From: Nitrospirota bacterium
Lineage (GTDB): Bacteria; Nitrospirota; Nitrospiria; Nitrospirales; Nitrospiraceae
Assembly: GCA_963701855.1 (NCBI GenBank)
Contig: CAVPBK010000006.1
Coordinates: 640,001-704,000, forward strand
Direction: 5' to 3'
DNA length: 64,000 nucleotides
Of the stretch, positions 39,783 through 49,499 are shown piece by piece. A model generated the notes under the pieces. It saw only the letters and a list, made by a program, of their open reading frames with translations, searched no databases and was not told the origin of the DNA. Numbering within the stretch: position 1 is the stretch's first letter; each line of letters begins with the position of its first letter. The translations under genes and the position numbers were made by a program.

Positions 39783-39952
39783 GCAGGGAGCTCAAAAAGG
39801 CCAGACTTCTCACCCGCCCAACCCTGGCGCACCGAGACGCGCCTTGTCCCAAGTAGGCCGCAGCGAGTGAAGACCGGAGGCGTACCCTCTGGGGTACGTT
39901 GAGGATCTGAACGATGCGAGAACGAAGCTGGCGGGCTTTTTCAGCTTCCTGC
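39783..39952. repeat. Family A element with nested TTCTCACCCGCCC module
   Basis: Ends GCAGGGAGCTCAAAAAG / CTTTTTCAGCTTCCTGC. An orphan end CTAGCAGGCTGCGGAAAAA lies at 39703-39721. Confidence 0.85.
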
Positions 39953-41322
39953 TACAGCACGAGGAGGAGGTAAAGGTCATTGACGTTCGTACCGGTGGGA
40001 CCGGTGATGATGAGCTGATGGAGCTTCTTCAATGCGGGGTAGGTGTTGTGGCGCGTCAACGCGCCATTGAGATCCACCGAGTGGCGCTGCGCGTGCGCCA
40101 CGGTATTATCATCGACAACGGCGCCAGCCGCATCAGTCGGACCATCGGTGCCATCGGTGCCGATCGCCACCACCCACACCTTGGCCAGGCCGGCGATTTC
40201 CAGAGCGGCGGCGGCGGCGAATTCTTGCGCCCTCCCGCCTGTTCCCTTTCCGGTGACAGTCACGACGGTTTCCCCTCCGGCCACCACACAACAGGGCCTC
40301 TGTAGCGGTGTGCTCTCGCGCACAATATCTCTCGCCAGAGCGCCAAACCACTTCCCCGCCTCTCGGGCATCTCCGCTTACGGCCGGTGTACACACAAGGG
40401 TTCGAAGACCTGCCTCTCTGGCCGCGCGGGCCACAGCCGTGACGGCTGCTGCATTGTTCCCGACGATATGATGATGGACGCGACGAAACAGAGGCGAGCC
40501 CGGTTTCGGAGTCTCACTCACGAGTCCCTGGCATCCACGGTCAAGATGCCGACGCACTCGTTGAGGAACTGCCTGCCAGATGCGATACCGTTTCAGAATC
40601 GCGACCGCGTCTTGATAGGTTGTCGGGTCTGGGGCTGTCGGCCCTGAGGCAATGGCGCTGAGGTCGTCACCCAACACATCGGACAGAATCACGGTCACAA
40701 CGGTGGCCTCGGTCAACTCGGCGAGGCGTCCGCCTTTGATTCGCGAGAGATGTTTCCGAACGGTATTGATGTCACCAATACTCGCCCCGCATCGCAAGAG
40801 TTCCTGTGTGGTCCGCTGCTTGTCGGCCAGCGTAACCCCTGCGACAGGAGCAGGCAGTAAACTGGACGCACCACCCGACAGGAGCACGATCAAGAGATCG
40901 CGTCGACCAAGTCCTGCCGCCATGGCACAGAGCCTGGCCGCCGCCCGCTGACCGGACCGATCGGGAACTGGATGACCGGCCTCCGCTACGACGATCCGTT
41001 TCGTCGGTACAACATGGCCGTGCTTGACCACGACGAATCCGCCCTGCAGCCAAAGTCCCAACCGCCGTTCTACCGCCTGGGCCATGAAGGCCGTGGCCTT
41101 CCCTGCCCCGAGCACAACCACCCGCTCATAGCGACGCAAGTCATACCGACGCCGGCCGATGATCAGCCTTTCGCCACTTCTAGAGATGGCGCGACTGACC
41201 GCCTTTCGGGCGTCGACCGCGTCCAGTCCTCGAACGATTAATTTCTTCAGAAGTGGCCGGATAGGAGAGAGAGGCAGGCTGAGGTCGAGGTTAAGGTTGA
41301 GCGAAGACCTGACGTTCTTCAT
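39952..41322 (-). CDS. Glycerate kinase type 2 (MOFRL/TtuD family)
   Basis: GAGKA, AGHPVPD, SGGASSL, RKHLS.IKGGRL, SDV.GD, GGET, GTDGTDG, TGTNVND. Start is approximate. Confidence 0.92.
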   Translation of the reverse strand: MKNVRSSLNLNLDLSLPLSPIRPLLKKLIVRGLDAVDARKAVSRAISRSGERLIIGRRRYDLRRYERVVVLGAGKATAFMAQAVERRLGLWLQGGFVVVKHGHVVPTKRIVVAEAGHPVPDRSGQRAAARLCAMAAGLGRRDLLIVLLSGGASSLLPAPVAGVTLADKQRTTQELLRCGASIGDINTVRKHLSRIKGGRLAELTEATVVTVILSDVLGDDLSAIASGPTAPDPTTYQDAVAILKRYRIWQAVPQRVRRHLDRGCQGLVSETPKPGSPLFRRVHHHIVGNNAAAVTAVARAAREAGLRTLVCTPAVSGDAREAGKWFGALARDIVRESTPLQRPCCVVAGGETVVTVTGKGTGGRAQEFAAAAALEIAGLAKVWVVAIGTDGTDGPTDAAGAVVDDNTVAHAQRHSVDLNGALTRHNTYPALKKLHQLIITGPTGTNVNDLYLLLVL

Positions 41323-41369
41323 CTCAGCCTTGGCCTCAGCCTTACCCTTCCGATAACACCGGCGATGGG

Positions 41370-42437
41370 CTAGGGATTCTTGTCCTGCTTGAAGCAACGA
41401 GTCGGGCAAGTCTGCCGAGGGACTTTCATCTGATAGGTCCCGCGTGGAAGCACATCCTTCTTGAATTCAGGGTTCAGCATCTTGAGTTCCAAGAAGTAGG
41501 TCCCAAATTCTTCGGCAATCGAGGTGAGGGCTCGTTGGGAATCTTTCACGTTGACGGTGACCGTCTCAGTTTCTATCGGCATATACAAATCTTTCTTGCT
41601 CAGACCTAAATACTTCTCCGGCTGCGAGTAGATTTCCTTGGCGGCAATGATTCTCGGGACATAGCGCATCGTTTCCCGTGGCCCATGCATCTTCCAATAG
41701 TCGGTAATATTCTGGTCCTTCAATAACCGGCGAACTCGTTCCTCACCGGCATTGTACGAGGCCATGGCCATGAACCAATCGTTTTCCTTGAAATCTTTCA
41801 GATAACGCAAATACTTGACGGCCGCCTCCGTCGACATTTCTAAATTGCGGCGATCGTCGCGGACCGCGTCGCTCTTGAGACGATAGCGTCGCCCGGTGGA
41901 AGGGATAAACTGCCACGGCCCGGACGCTTTCGCCTTTGAATAGGCGGCGGCCACGCACTTGCTCTCCACCAGCAGCATATACTTGAGGTCGTCCGGCAAT
42001 CCGGAATCGGCCAGCTGTTTTTCGGCAGGAGGGAAACAGCGTCCGGTTCGCTTGGCGAGGATGATACTTTCGCCCTGGTCTTCTAAGAATTGATAGAACT
42101 CATACTCGATACGTTCACGTACCTGCCAATTATCGAGCGGAACCGGTTGGCCTGCAAAGGTCAGTTTGTCGGGCAACTTGAACGAACTGAGGAAGTAGCG
42201 CTCTCCCTCTCGCTTGATTTCCGGAAGAATGACGAGGCGATCTTCCGGCTCGTTGGGATCCTCAAGGGGATCGAGCAAGGTCGAATCTCGCTCTGGTTCT
42301 CCATTGGCTCCAGATCGAGGCGGGCTCTGCTTCGCCTCGGAATGTTCAGGTTGCGGCTGTGCCCCTGCCGCAATGGGAAGCACGACCACCATCCACAACC
42401 CACTGAGCATCAGTGTTCGTCTAACCCATGCCATCAT
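41370..42437 (-). CDS. Lytic transglycosylase (SLT/MltD-like)
   Basis: Signal peptide; VES, A.GPWQF..TG, ASYNAG, ETMRYVPRI. Confidence 0.9.
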   Translation of the reverse strand: MMAWVRRTLMLSGLWMVVVLPIAAGAQPQPEHSEAKQSPPRSGANGEPERDSTLLDPLEDPNEPEDRLVILPEIKREGERYFLSSFKLPDKLTFAGQPVPLDNWQVRERIEYEFYQFLEDQGESIILAKRTGRCFPPAEKQLADSGLPDDLKYMLLVESKCVAAAYSKAKASGPWQFIPSTGRRYRLKSDAVRDDRRNLEMSTEAAVKYLRYLKDFKENDWFMAMASYNAGEERVRRLLKDQNITDYWKMHGPRETMRYVPRIIAAKEIYSQPEKYLGLSKKDLYMPIETETVTVNVKDSQRALTSIAEEFGTYFLELKMLNPEFKKDVLPRGTYQMKVPRQTCPTRCFKQDKNP

Positions 42438-42553
42438 GCCAATCCTGTCTCCTCCATGCGGTGAACGATCCAACGTCTGGGACGTATGCTAACAGCCTGA
42501 CGAAGGACCGGCAAGCATGATCGACTTTCAGATTCGTGCTAGACTGCGCGACC

Positions 42554-43262
42554 ATGCGTACGCTGTCTCTCCTCAACGATCGCATCACACACTGCACTGC
42601 CTGTTCACGGCTTGTCACCTATCGGGAATCGATCGCCGCAGAGAAACGAAAGCAGTTTGAAGACTGGACCTATTGGGGACGTCCGGTCCCTGGATTCGGG
42701 GACTCGCATGCGCGCCTCTATGTACTCGGGCTGGCGCCGGCCGCCCACGGCGGCAACCGAACCGGACGGGTATTTACAGGCGATCGTAGCGGAGACTGGC
42801 TGTATGACGCCTTACATCGATTCGGCTTCGCCAACCAACCCAATTCTCATCACCGGGATGACGGGCTGAAACTGTCGGATTGTTACATTGGCGCCACGGT
42901 TCGTTGCGCGCCGCCCGACAACAAACCGGCCCCTGAAGAATTCAAGGCCTGCCGCCCCTATCTGCGTGAAGAAATCCGGTCATTACGAAAAATTCGAGTG
43001 GTGGTGGCGCTGGGTAAGATTGCATTCGATCACTTACTTGAAAGCCTGCCGCGATGAGGAACGGCAACTTCCCTCACCGCTCCCGAAGTTTTCCCATGGA
43101 ATCGTCCAGGTTCTTCCCTGGGGCATTACACTAATCGGCTCATACCATCCAAGCCAACAAAATACATTCACTGGACTATTGACCAGGCCGATGTTTCACC
43201 ACATCTTCGCAACTGCTCGACAGCGACTTGCCGCACCGCCAGGCACAGGAGCCGGCCCATAG
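42554..43262 (+). CDS. Uracil-DNA glycosylase (family 5/UdgB-like), frameshift near 43034
   Basis: C..C.RL, GLAPAAHG.NRTGR.FTGD.SG, RCAPPDNKP in one frame; SYHPSQQNT.TG in the next frame. Confidence 0.88.
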
Positions 43263-43265
43263 ACC

Positions 43266-43913
43266 TTACTTCTTGGTCTGAGCCTCCCAATCCGCCAGGA
43301 ACTTCTTGAGCCCACTATCTGTCAGCGGATGTTTCACCATCTGCTGAAAAATCGAAAAGGGCATCGTGCAAATATGCCCACCGGCTAGCGCAGCCTCAAC
43401 GACGTGCTGAGGGTGGCGCACGCTGGCCACCAGCACCTGCGTTTTATAGTCGTAATTACGGTAGATGGTCAGGATTTGGCGAATGAGTTCCATTCCGTTC
43501 GAACTGATGTCGTCAAGCCGGCCGATGAAGGGTGAGACGCACCACGCGCCGGCTTTTGCTGCAAGGAGCGCCTGGGTTGGAGAAAAGCACAATGTCACAT
43601 TCACCCTGATACCGTCGGCAGCCAATCTTTTGGTGGCCTTCAATCCCTCCGCAATCAAAGGCACCTTTACGACAATGTTCTTATGGATCTTCGCAAGTCC
43701 CTTTCCTTCCTTCACCATGGCATCGGCTTCGAGGCTGACGACTTCTGCGCTGATCGGCCCATCCACGATGTTGCAAATTTCAACGAGCACTTCCTTAAAA
43801 CTGCGCCCTTCTTTGGCGACAAGCGACGGATTTGTGGTCACTCCGTCAAGAAGTCCGAGGCTGGCCGCCTCCTGGATTTCCTTGACGTTGGCGGTATCAA
43901 GAAAGAATTTCAT
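43266..43913 (-). CDS. fsa: Transaldolase / fructose-6-phosphate aldolase
   Basis: [42 protein letters not shown]. Confidence 0.93.
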   Translation of the reverse strand: MKFFLDTANVKEIQEAASLGLLDGVTTNPSLVAKEGRSFKEVLVEICNIVDGPISAEVVSLEADAMVKEGKGLAKIHKNIVVKVPLIAEGLKATKRLAADGIRVNVTLCFSPTQALLAAKAGAWCVSPFIGRLDDISSNGMELIRQILTIYRNYDYKTQVLVASVRHPQHVVEAALAGGHICTMPFSIFQQMVKHPLTDSGLKKFLADWEAQTKK

Positions 43914-44075
43914 GGCCTTGTCCTTTCATGTCGAGATGAGAAACCCTTGTGATCAGTTCACGATCGGTTATTTTATGAAGAAATCAATCTGACTGCAATC
44001 ATCTGCCGACATGCGCCAGTTTGACAGGCCTCAGGCTGCCGGTTAGAATTCGAGTATTGTGACTGAGGAGAGTGC

Positions 44076-44390
44076 ATGATGCAACGATCGGCTTGGGTGC
44101 TCCTATTCAGTCTGGCACTGACCGGCTGCGGCGGTAGTAATCCCTATCTTGAACAGTCGCTCAAACCGGCTGAGCTTCAAGGCAAGGACAAGGCCTGGTT
44201 TGAAAAGAACTGGGGAGCACCGAGCGCCAAATCCACGAGGTTTTTTGGCGGAGAAAACTGGACTTACTATCGCATCGCCGGCGGCAAATCAGGCCTGCCC
44301 CTCTTTAACTTCTCCCCTAATCAGTGCCAGATCACGCTCAAGTTCGATAAAGAAGAAAAGCTTTCCGACTCCAGCTACTCGGGTTGTTAG
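44076..44390 (+). CDS. Lipoprotein (BamE/SmpA-like fold possible)
   Basis: Lipobox LTGC; WGAP and WTYY motifs; GAGGAG RBS. Confidence 0.8.
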   Translation: MMQRSAWVLLFSLALTGCGGSNPYLEQSLKPAELQGKDKAWFEKNWGAPSAKSTRFFGGENWTYYRIAGGKSGLPLFNFSPNQCQITLKFDKEEKLSDSSYSGC

Positions 44391-44638
44391 CCCGCGAGTT
44401 TTTCTTGAAACTTGTGCGCGCAAGATCGGCTGCAGAAGTAATAGGTCTGCCCCCCAATATCTTCCGTCACCGCTACTCCCCTTGGAACAAACACCAGGCA
44501 GACAGGATCCTGGACCATCTGATCATTTCCAGGAGCAAGACGCTCTGGCTGCCCCTGGCTTTTGAACCCCCGAAGAGCCTTCCGAAGTAGGAAGTACAGC
44601 ACTACAAGTAGCCCAAGAATGAGGATAACTCTATACAT
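44387..44638 (-). CDS. YHS/TRASH domain membrane protein
   Basis: N-terminal TM helix; DPVC...YYFCS..C. Confidence 0.85.
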   Translation of the reverse strand: MYRVILILGLLVVLYFLLRKALRGFKSQGQPERLAPGNDQMVQDPVCLVFVPRGVAVTEDIGGQTYYFCSRSCAHKFQEKLAG

Positions 44639-44849
44639 AGTGGGTGCTCTTCCTTATGCCACAATCCTATGGGACAGGATCACCGCTGTCAAGAACTCCA
44701 GCCTTTGTTCTTACCAGTAAGTTGCCGAATTCTCATTCGTACCCTCAACTCAAATGGCCTAGTTGTATGTGAACGGAAGACCCATTTTCATACAGCACCC
44801 AGTACTTCAGATGGATATGCTTCTATATTCCAGCATGGTAAAGTGCACC

Positions 44850-45002
44850 ATGACAATTTGCGATAAATGCCGTGGGGCAATGTTACCGGAACGGGCAGTG
44901 GATCTGAACGCAGGGCTTGCGATCACAGTATTTGCGTGCTTGAACTGTGGACGCCGGAAATCAGCGGACCAAGAACCTCGGCCTATTACCGCGAGACATT
45001 AA
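44850..45002 (+). CDS. Small CxxC zinc-ribbon protein
   Basis: MTICDKCRGAM...CLNCG. Confidence 0.6.
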   Translation: MTICDKCRGAMLPERAVDLNAGLAITVFACLNCGRRKSADQEPRPITARH

Positions 45003-45425
45003 CCCGCGTAATGACAGAGCCGAAGCCGCTTTCCGTGGGTATCCGCCCAATACTGATTGGACGAACTCCGCCAGGAGCTGTACGCTCGTCTATCTGTAGC
45101 GATCTCCAAACAAAGAACCACTGCTCTCGATCCCACTAGCAAGCGGGATTGAAGAGGTCAATCGGTAACTGGTGGTGTAATCCTCCCCCGCCTGCACTAG
45201 TCCCAGAGATCGTCCTGTTCGGCTCTTCATTCAAGCCCGCATCTCTGCACTGCTTGATTGTTGTGGACCGGAAGGACCCTTCGGTTGAAACTCCCTTGCG
45301 GTAGCAGATTGATGCTGGTCAGGCTCACGATATGGGATCTGGAACAGGAATGAGGACCTATCGGAGACTCAGGACATCCATCATGTCATGGTGATGTGAA
45401 CATTAGGAAATAAGTCCGCTATCAG

Positions 45426-46126
45426 TTAGAAGTGGTAGCCGACGCCAGCGGCAAAGATGTTCACATTATAATTATACGACAGGTCAAACCCATTAACCCC
45501 CAGGAAATTATTGTGGTCGATATTCGCGTAATTGTATTTCCACTCTCCGAACAGTGAGAGATTCGGATTGACACGATACCTCAGCCCAAGTTGCGTGTTC
45601 AGTCCCACATCCGTACTTGAACTGGAATCAGTACCATCCGAAATACGGGAAAAGAACACCCCGAGCCCCACTCCAGCGTAGGGCTCGAACGCCCCTGCTT
45701 GATACCTGACTAATACGACCAATGGAGTCCAGGTCAAAACCCGATTAGTCAACCCTTGTAGCGTCCCTGTTGTGCCTACTGTATTAGCAATAAGGGCGGG
45801 GGAACGAGGATCTAGCGTAACCTCTTGCTGCTTAATATGAGGCGTTGAATTGAATACTTCGGTTTCGACGCCTAGATTGAAGTTCTGCCATTTCAGCGAA
45901 TCAAAATAGTATCCTGCCTTGGCTCCATACATCAGGGAGTTCTGTAACACGAGGTCACTCAATCCTAAGGTCCCTCTCCCTGCACTTAATTCCAGGTTGC
46001 TAGCGTCTTGGGGAATGTTCGCACCCACTTGACCCGCGACATACATCTCCGCCTGTAGGGGGAGTCCAGACAGAACATACCCATAGCAACAGAACACACT
46101 CCGAGCGTATAGCGTAAGTGTCTCAT
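45426..46126 (-). CDS. Outer-membrane beta-barrel protein, paralog of 7532-8233; frameshift in the signal region
   Basis: AEMYVAGQ, GAKAGYYF, TPHI.Q, PYAGVG, GEWKYNYA, GYHF. ATG 46126 has an AGGAGG RBS but is out of frame by one base at the G5 tract 46058-46062. Confidence 0.8.
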
Positions 46127-46529
46127 CTCTCTCCTCCTAATGATCTCTCTCGAAAGAAAGCTGAAGCATCTTAAGAGAGAGAGTTAAGCAATTTATGTGC
46201 GTGGTTGGAACCAAGGCAGTTTCATTGAGAATGTCAATGGTGCGGCGTACCGATCGATGAAACAAACGAGAAGAATATGGTTCAGTGGAATCTAAAAGGG
46301 TACGTAGCAGGATCTATACTGATACAGACTGACCGTGGGGAAGGCTGTCAGATTGCGATGAAGAAAAATTGTGTTTGGGCGAGAGTTCAAATGATACTTG
46401 GAGCTGCTTCTCGGCACTTTGTGGGGGTCATGAGCTGGTCACTGCGGGCTATTGCGCGAAGTGTTGGAGGTGTCTACTGCGAGTGTGGCGCGGGGGTTAC
46501 GGTGAAGGTGGGACTTCGGCGGACTCGAC

Positions 46530-48305
46530 TCAGCAGCCTTTGAACTGCTGTGCCTGACACTGTTGCGCGAGTCGTTGGGCTTTTGCAACCTGTGCGGGAG
46601 TTAGTTGCTGGACGATAGCATCCCGACGTTGTGCGTACGTTATGTTCTTCCTGCCCTGTCTTAGAGATTGCTCAACCGCGAGGTTGTACCACATGTAAGC
46701 ACGCACCTTGTCCTGCTGCACACCGCGTCCATCGCGATACATATCGCCGAGTGAATCTTGCCCTCCCGCGTCTCCCTGCTCGGCAGATTTTCGTATCCAT
46801 TCCATCCCTTTTTTTTCGTCCTTCTGAACGCCCTTCCCATCAACGTAAAGATAGCCGAGGTTGTTCTGCGCATCCGAGGAGTTCTGGGCTGCGGCTTTTT
46901 CGTACCACTGCCGCGCCATCGCGTAATCCTGAGGCACGCCTTCTCCATTGTCATACAATACGCCGAGGTTGTACTGAGCGGCAGCATCCCCATGAACAGC
47001 GGCTTTCTCATACTTCTGCCATGCTATTGCGTAGTCCTGCGGCACGCCCTCTCCCAAGGCATACATCGTCCATAGAAGGACCTTCGCCTTCATGACCCCC
47101 TGGGCGGCGGCTTTCTCATACCATTGCCGTGCCATCGCGTAATCCTGCGGTACGCCCTGTCCCTTGACATACAGCGATCCGAGAAGGACCTGCGCGGTTG
47201 CATGTCCCTGGCTAGCGGCATCCTCCCACCACTGCCCTGCTGTCACGTAGTCCTGAGGAACACCTTGTCCCTTGCTATACAGCACCCCAAGGTTGAACTG
47301 CGCCTCCGCATAGCCTTGGGCTGCCGCTTGCTTGTACCATTGCCTGGCTATCATGTAGTCCTGTGGTACGCCCTTCCCGGAATAATACATCGTCCCCAGA
47401 TCGTACTGCGCCTTCGAGATGCCCTGGGCTGCCGCTTTCTCCCACCACTGTCGCGCCGTCTCGTAATCCTGCGGGACACCTTTCCCAAGGGCATAGAGCG
47501 ACCCAAGGTTGTACTGCGCCATTGCATCCTCCTGGGCTGCCGCTTTCTCAAACCATCCTCGCGCTTTCGCATAGTCTTGCGTGACACCCTGTCCAAAGGC
47601 ATACAGGGTCCCGAGGTGGTCCTGTGCCTCCGCGTCTCCCAGGGCTGCTCCCTTCTCCAACCATTGTCGCGCCGTCGGATAGTCTTGTTTGACACCCAAT
47701 CCGAAGTAATACAACCCCCCGAGGCGGAACAGTGCGCCCTCGTCCCCCTGGGCAGCAGCTTTTTCAAACCACTGCCGCGCTGTCGTATAGTCTTGTGGCA
47801 CACCCTGTCCGTCGCGATACAGCACCCCGAGATTGGACTGTGCCAACGCATTCCCCTGGGCTGCCGCTTTCTGGATCCACTTCGCCGCTTGGGCATAGTC
47901 CTGCGGCACACCCTTCCCCTTGGCATACAAAAACCCAAGGTGGTCCTGCGCCTCTGCATCCTCCTGGGCTGCCGCTTTTTCCCACCACTGCCGCGCTTTG
48001 ACATAGTCCTGCGGCACACCCTCTCCTTCGGCGAACAACAACCCAAGGGTAAACTGCGCCTTCGCGTAGCCCTGGGTTGCAGTTTTTTCAAACCATCCTC
48101 GCGCTTTCGCATAGTCTTGCGGCACACCCCGTCCAAGGTAATACAGTGCCCCGAGGGCGTGCTGCGCCAGCGCGTAGCCCTGGGCTGCCTGTGTTTTCAT
48201 CCTTTGAAGGTCTTCTGGTGAAACGTCGCTCGGTGGGGAACCTGACGCATGCCCAGAGGGGAGAACGAGTGCACTGAGAAGGACTATGACGAATAGGGCG
48301 CACAT
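46530..48305 (-). CDS. Secreted Sel1-like repeat protein (14 repeats)
   Basis: Signal peptide; 36-aa repeats AQxxLGxLYxxGxGVPQDYxxARxWxEKAAAQG; C-cap TPAQ...QQCQAQQFKGC. Confidence 0.93.
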   Translation of the reverse strand: MCALFVIVLLSALVLPSGHASGSPPSDVSPEDLQRMKTQAAQGYALAQHALGALYYLGRGVPQDYAKARGWFEKTATQGYAKAQFTLGLLFAEGEGVPQDYVKARQWWEKAAAQEDAEAQDHLGFLYAKGKGVPQDYAQAAKWIQKAAAQGNALAQSNLGVLYRDGQGVPQDYTTARQWFEKAAAQGDEGALFRLGGLYYFGLGVKQDYPTARQWLEKGAALGDAEAQDHLGTLYAFGQGVTQDYAKARGWFEKAAAQEDAMAQYNLGSLYALGKGVPQDYETARQWWEKAAAQGISKAQYDLGTMYYSGKGVPQDYMIARQWYKQAAAQGYAEAQFNLGVLYSKGQGVPQDYVTAGQWWEDAASQGHATAQVLLGSLYVKGQGVPQDYAMARQWYEKAAAQGVMKAKVLLWTMYALGEGVPQDYAIAWQKYEKAAVHGDAAAQYNLGVLYDNGEGVPQDYAMARQWYEKAAAQNSSDAQNNLGYLYVDGKGVQKDEKKGMEWIRKSAEQGDAGGQDSLGDMYRDGRGVQQDKVRAYMWYNLAVEQSLRQGRKNITYAQRRDAIVQQLTPAQVAKAQRLAQQCQAQQFKGC

Positions 48306-48441
48306 AAAACACTATCGCCCTAGTATCTTAGACCGTCAAGGATTAGCGGATTGTTCGCTTTGCTGAATAGATCATCAACAAGGAGGCTTGTGAGGTGTGG
48401 CTGCAACGGAGGAAGAGCGAAAGCAGCAGCATTAAAGTACC

Positions 48442-49347
48442 TCAGCAGCCCTTGAACTGCCTTGCTTGACACTGTTGCGAGAGTCGCTGGGCTTCTGCAA
48501 TCTGTGCGGGTGTCATGCGGCGTGCGACCACGTCTCGATTGTTTGGTGCAGGATTCTGCTCATCGTCCATCGAGTGTGCAGCTGCGAGGTTGTACCACAT
48601 GTATGCACGCACATAGTCCTGCGGCACGCCATGTCCGTTGTCATACATCCACCCGAGGTTGTTTTGCGCTTTCACGTAGCCCTGCGCGGCGGCTTTCTCC
48701 CACCACTGCCGCGCTGTCGCGTAATCCTGTGGCACACCCTGCCCGAAGTTATACAGCACCCCGAGGCTGTTCTGCGCCCTCGTGTGCCCCTGTGCAGCGG
48801 CTTTCTCGAACCACTGCCGCGCTGCCGCGTAGTCTTGCGACGTGCCCCGCCCGAAGTCATACAGCACCCCGAGACCGAATTGCGCATCTGCGTCCCCCTG
48901 GGCAGCCGCTTTTTCATACCATTCATGCGCTTTCGCATAGTCCTGTGGCACGCCTCGCCCCCTGTCATACTGCACTCCGAGTGAGACCTGCGCCGTCGCA
49001 TACCCCTGAGCAGCCGCTTTCTCGTACCACTGCCGTGCCGTCGTGTAATCTTTCGGCACGCCTTGTCCCTTGGCATAAAGCACACCAAGATTATTCTGTG
49101 CTTCCGCGTAACCTTGTACTGCGGCTTTCTCCCACCACTGCCGTGCTGCCGCATAGTCCTGTGGCACACCCTGTCCATTGTAATACAGCAACCCGAGGGT
49201 GGTCTGCGCTTCCGCGACACCCTGGACTGCCTGTGTTTGCAGCGTTTGTATGTCTTCTAATGAAGTGTCGATCGGTGGGGAAACAGTTGCACATCCAGAG
49301 GAGAGAATGAGTGCGATGAGGAGAATTATGACGGAAAGAGAACGCAT
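48442..49347 (-). CDS. Sel1-like repeat lipoprotein (6 repeats)
   Basis: MRSLSVIILLIALILSSGC lipobox-like; SLR repeats; C-cap QQCQARQFKGC. Confidence 0.92.
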   Translation of the reverse strand: MRSLSVIILLIALILSSGCATVSPPIDTSLEDIQTLQTQAVQGVAEAQTTLGLLYYNGQGVPQDYAAARQWWEKAAVQGYAEAQNNLGVLYAKGQGVPKDYTTARQWYEKAAAQGYATAQVSLGVQYDRGRGVPQDYAKAHEWYEKAAAQGDADAQFGLGVLYDFGRGTSQDYAAARQWFEKAAAQGHTRAQNSLGVLYNFGQGVPQDYATARQWWEKAAAQGYVKAQNNLGWMYDNGHGVPQDYVRAYMWYNLAAAHSMDDEQNPAPNNRDVVARRMTPAQIAEAQRLSQQCQARQFKGC

Positions 49348-49499
49348 GGGAGCGCAGTATGGGCGCGGACCTCTGAGAGCGTCAATGGACACAATGGGGG
49401 GCATGGTCTGGTCGCTATGGATGATTGCTAAGAGTGTCGGCGTGTCTACTGCGAGTGTGGCGCAGGGGTTGCGGTAAAGAGAGAGCGGTAACCCCCAAC

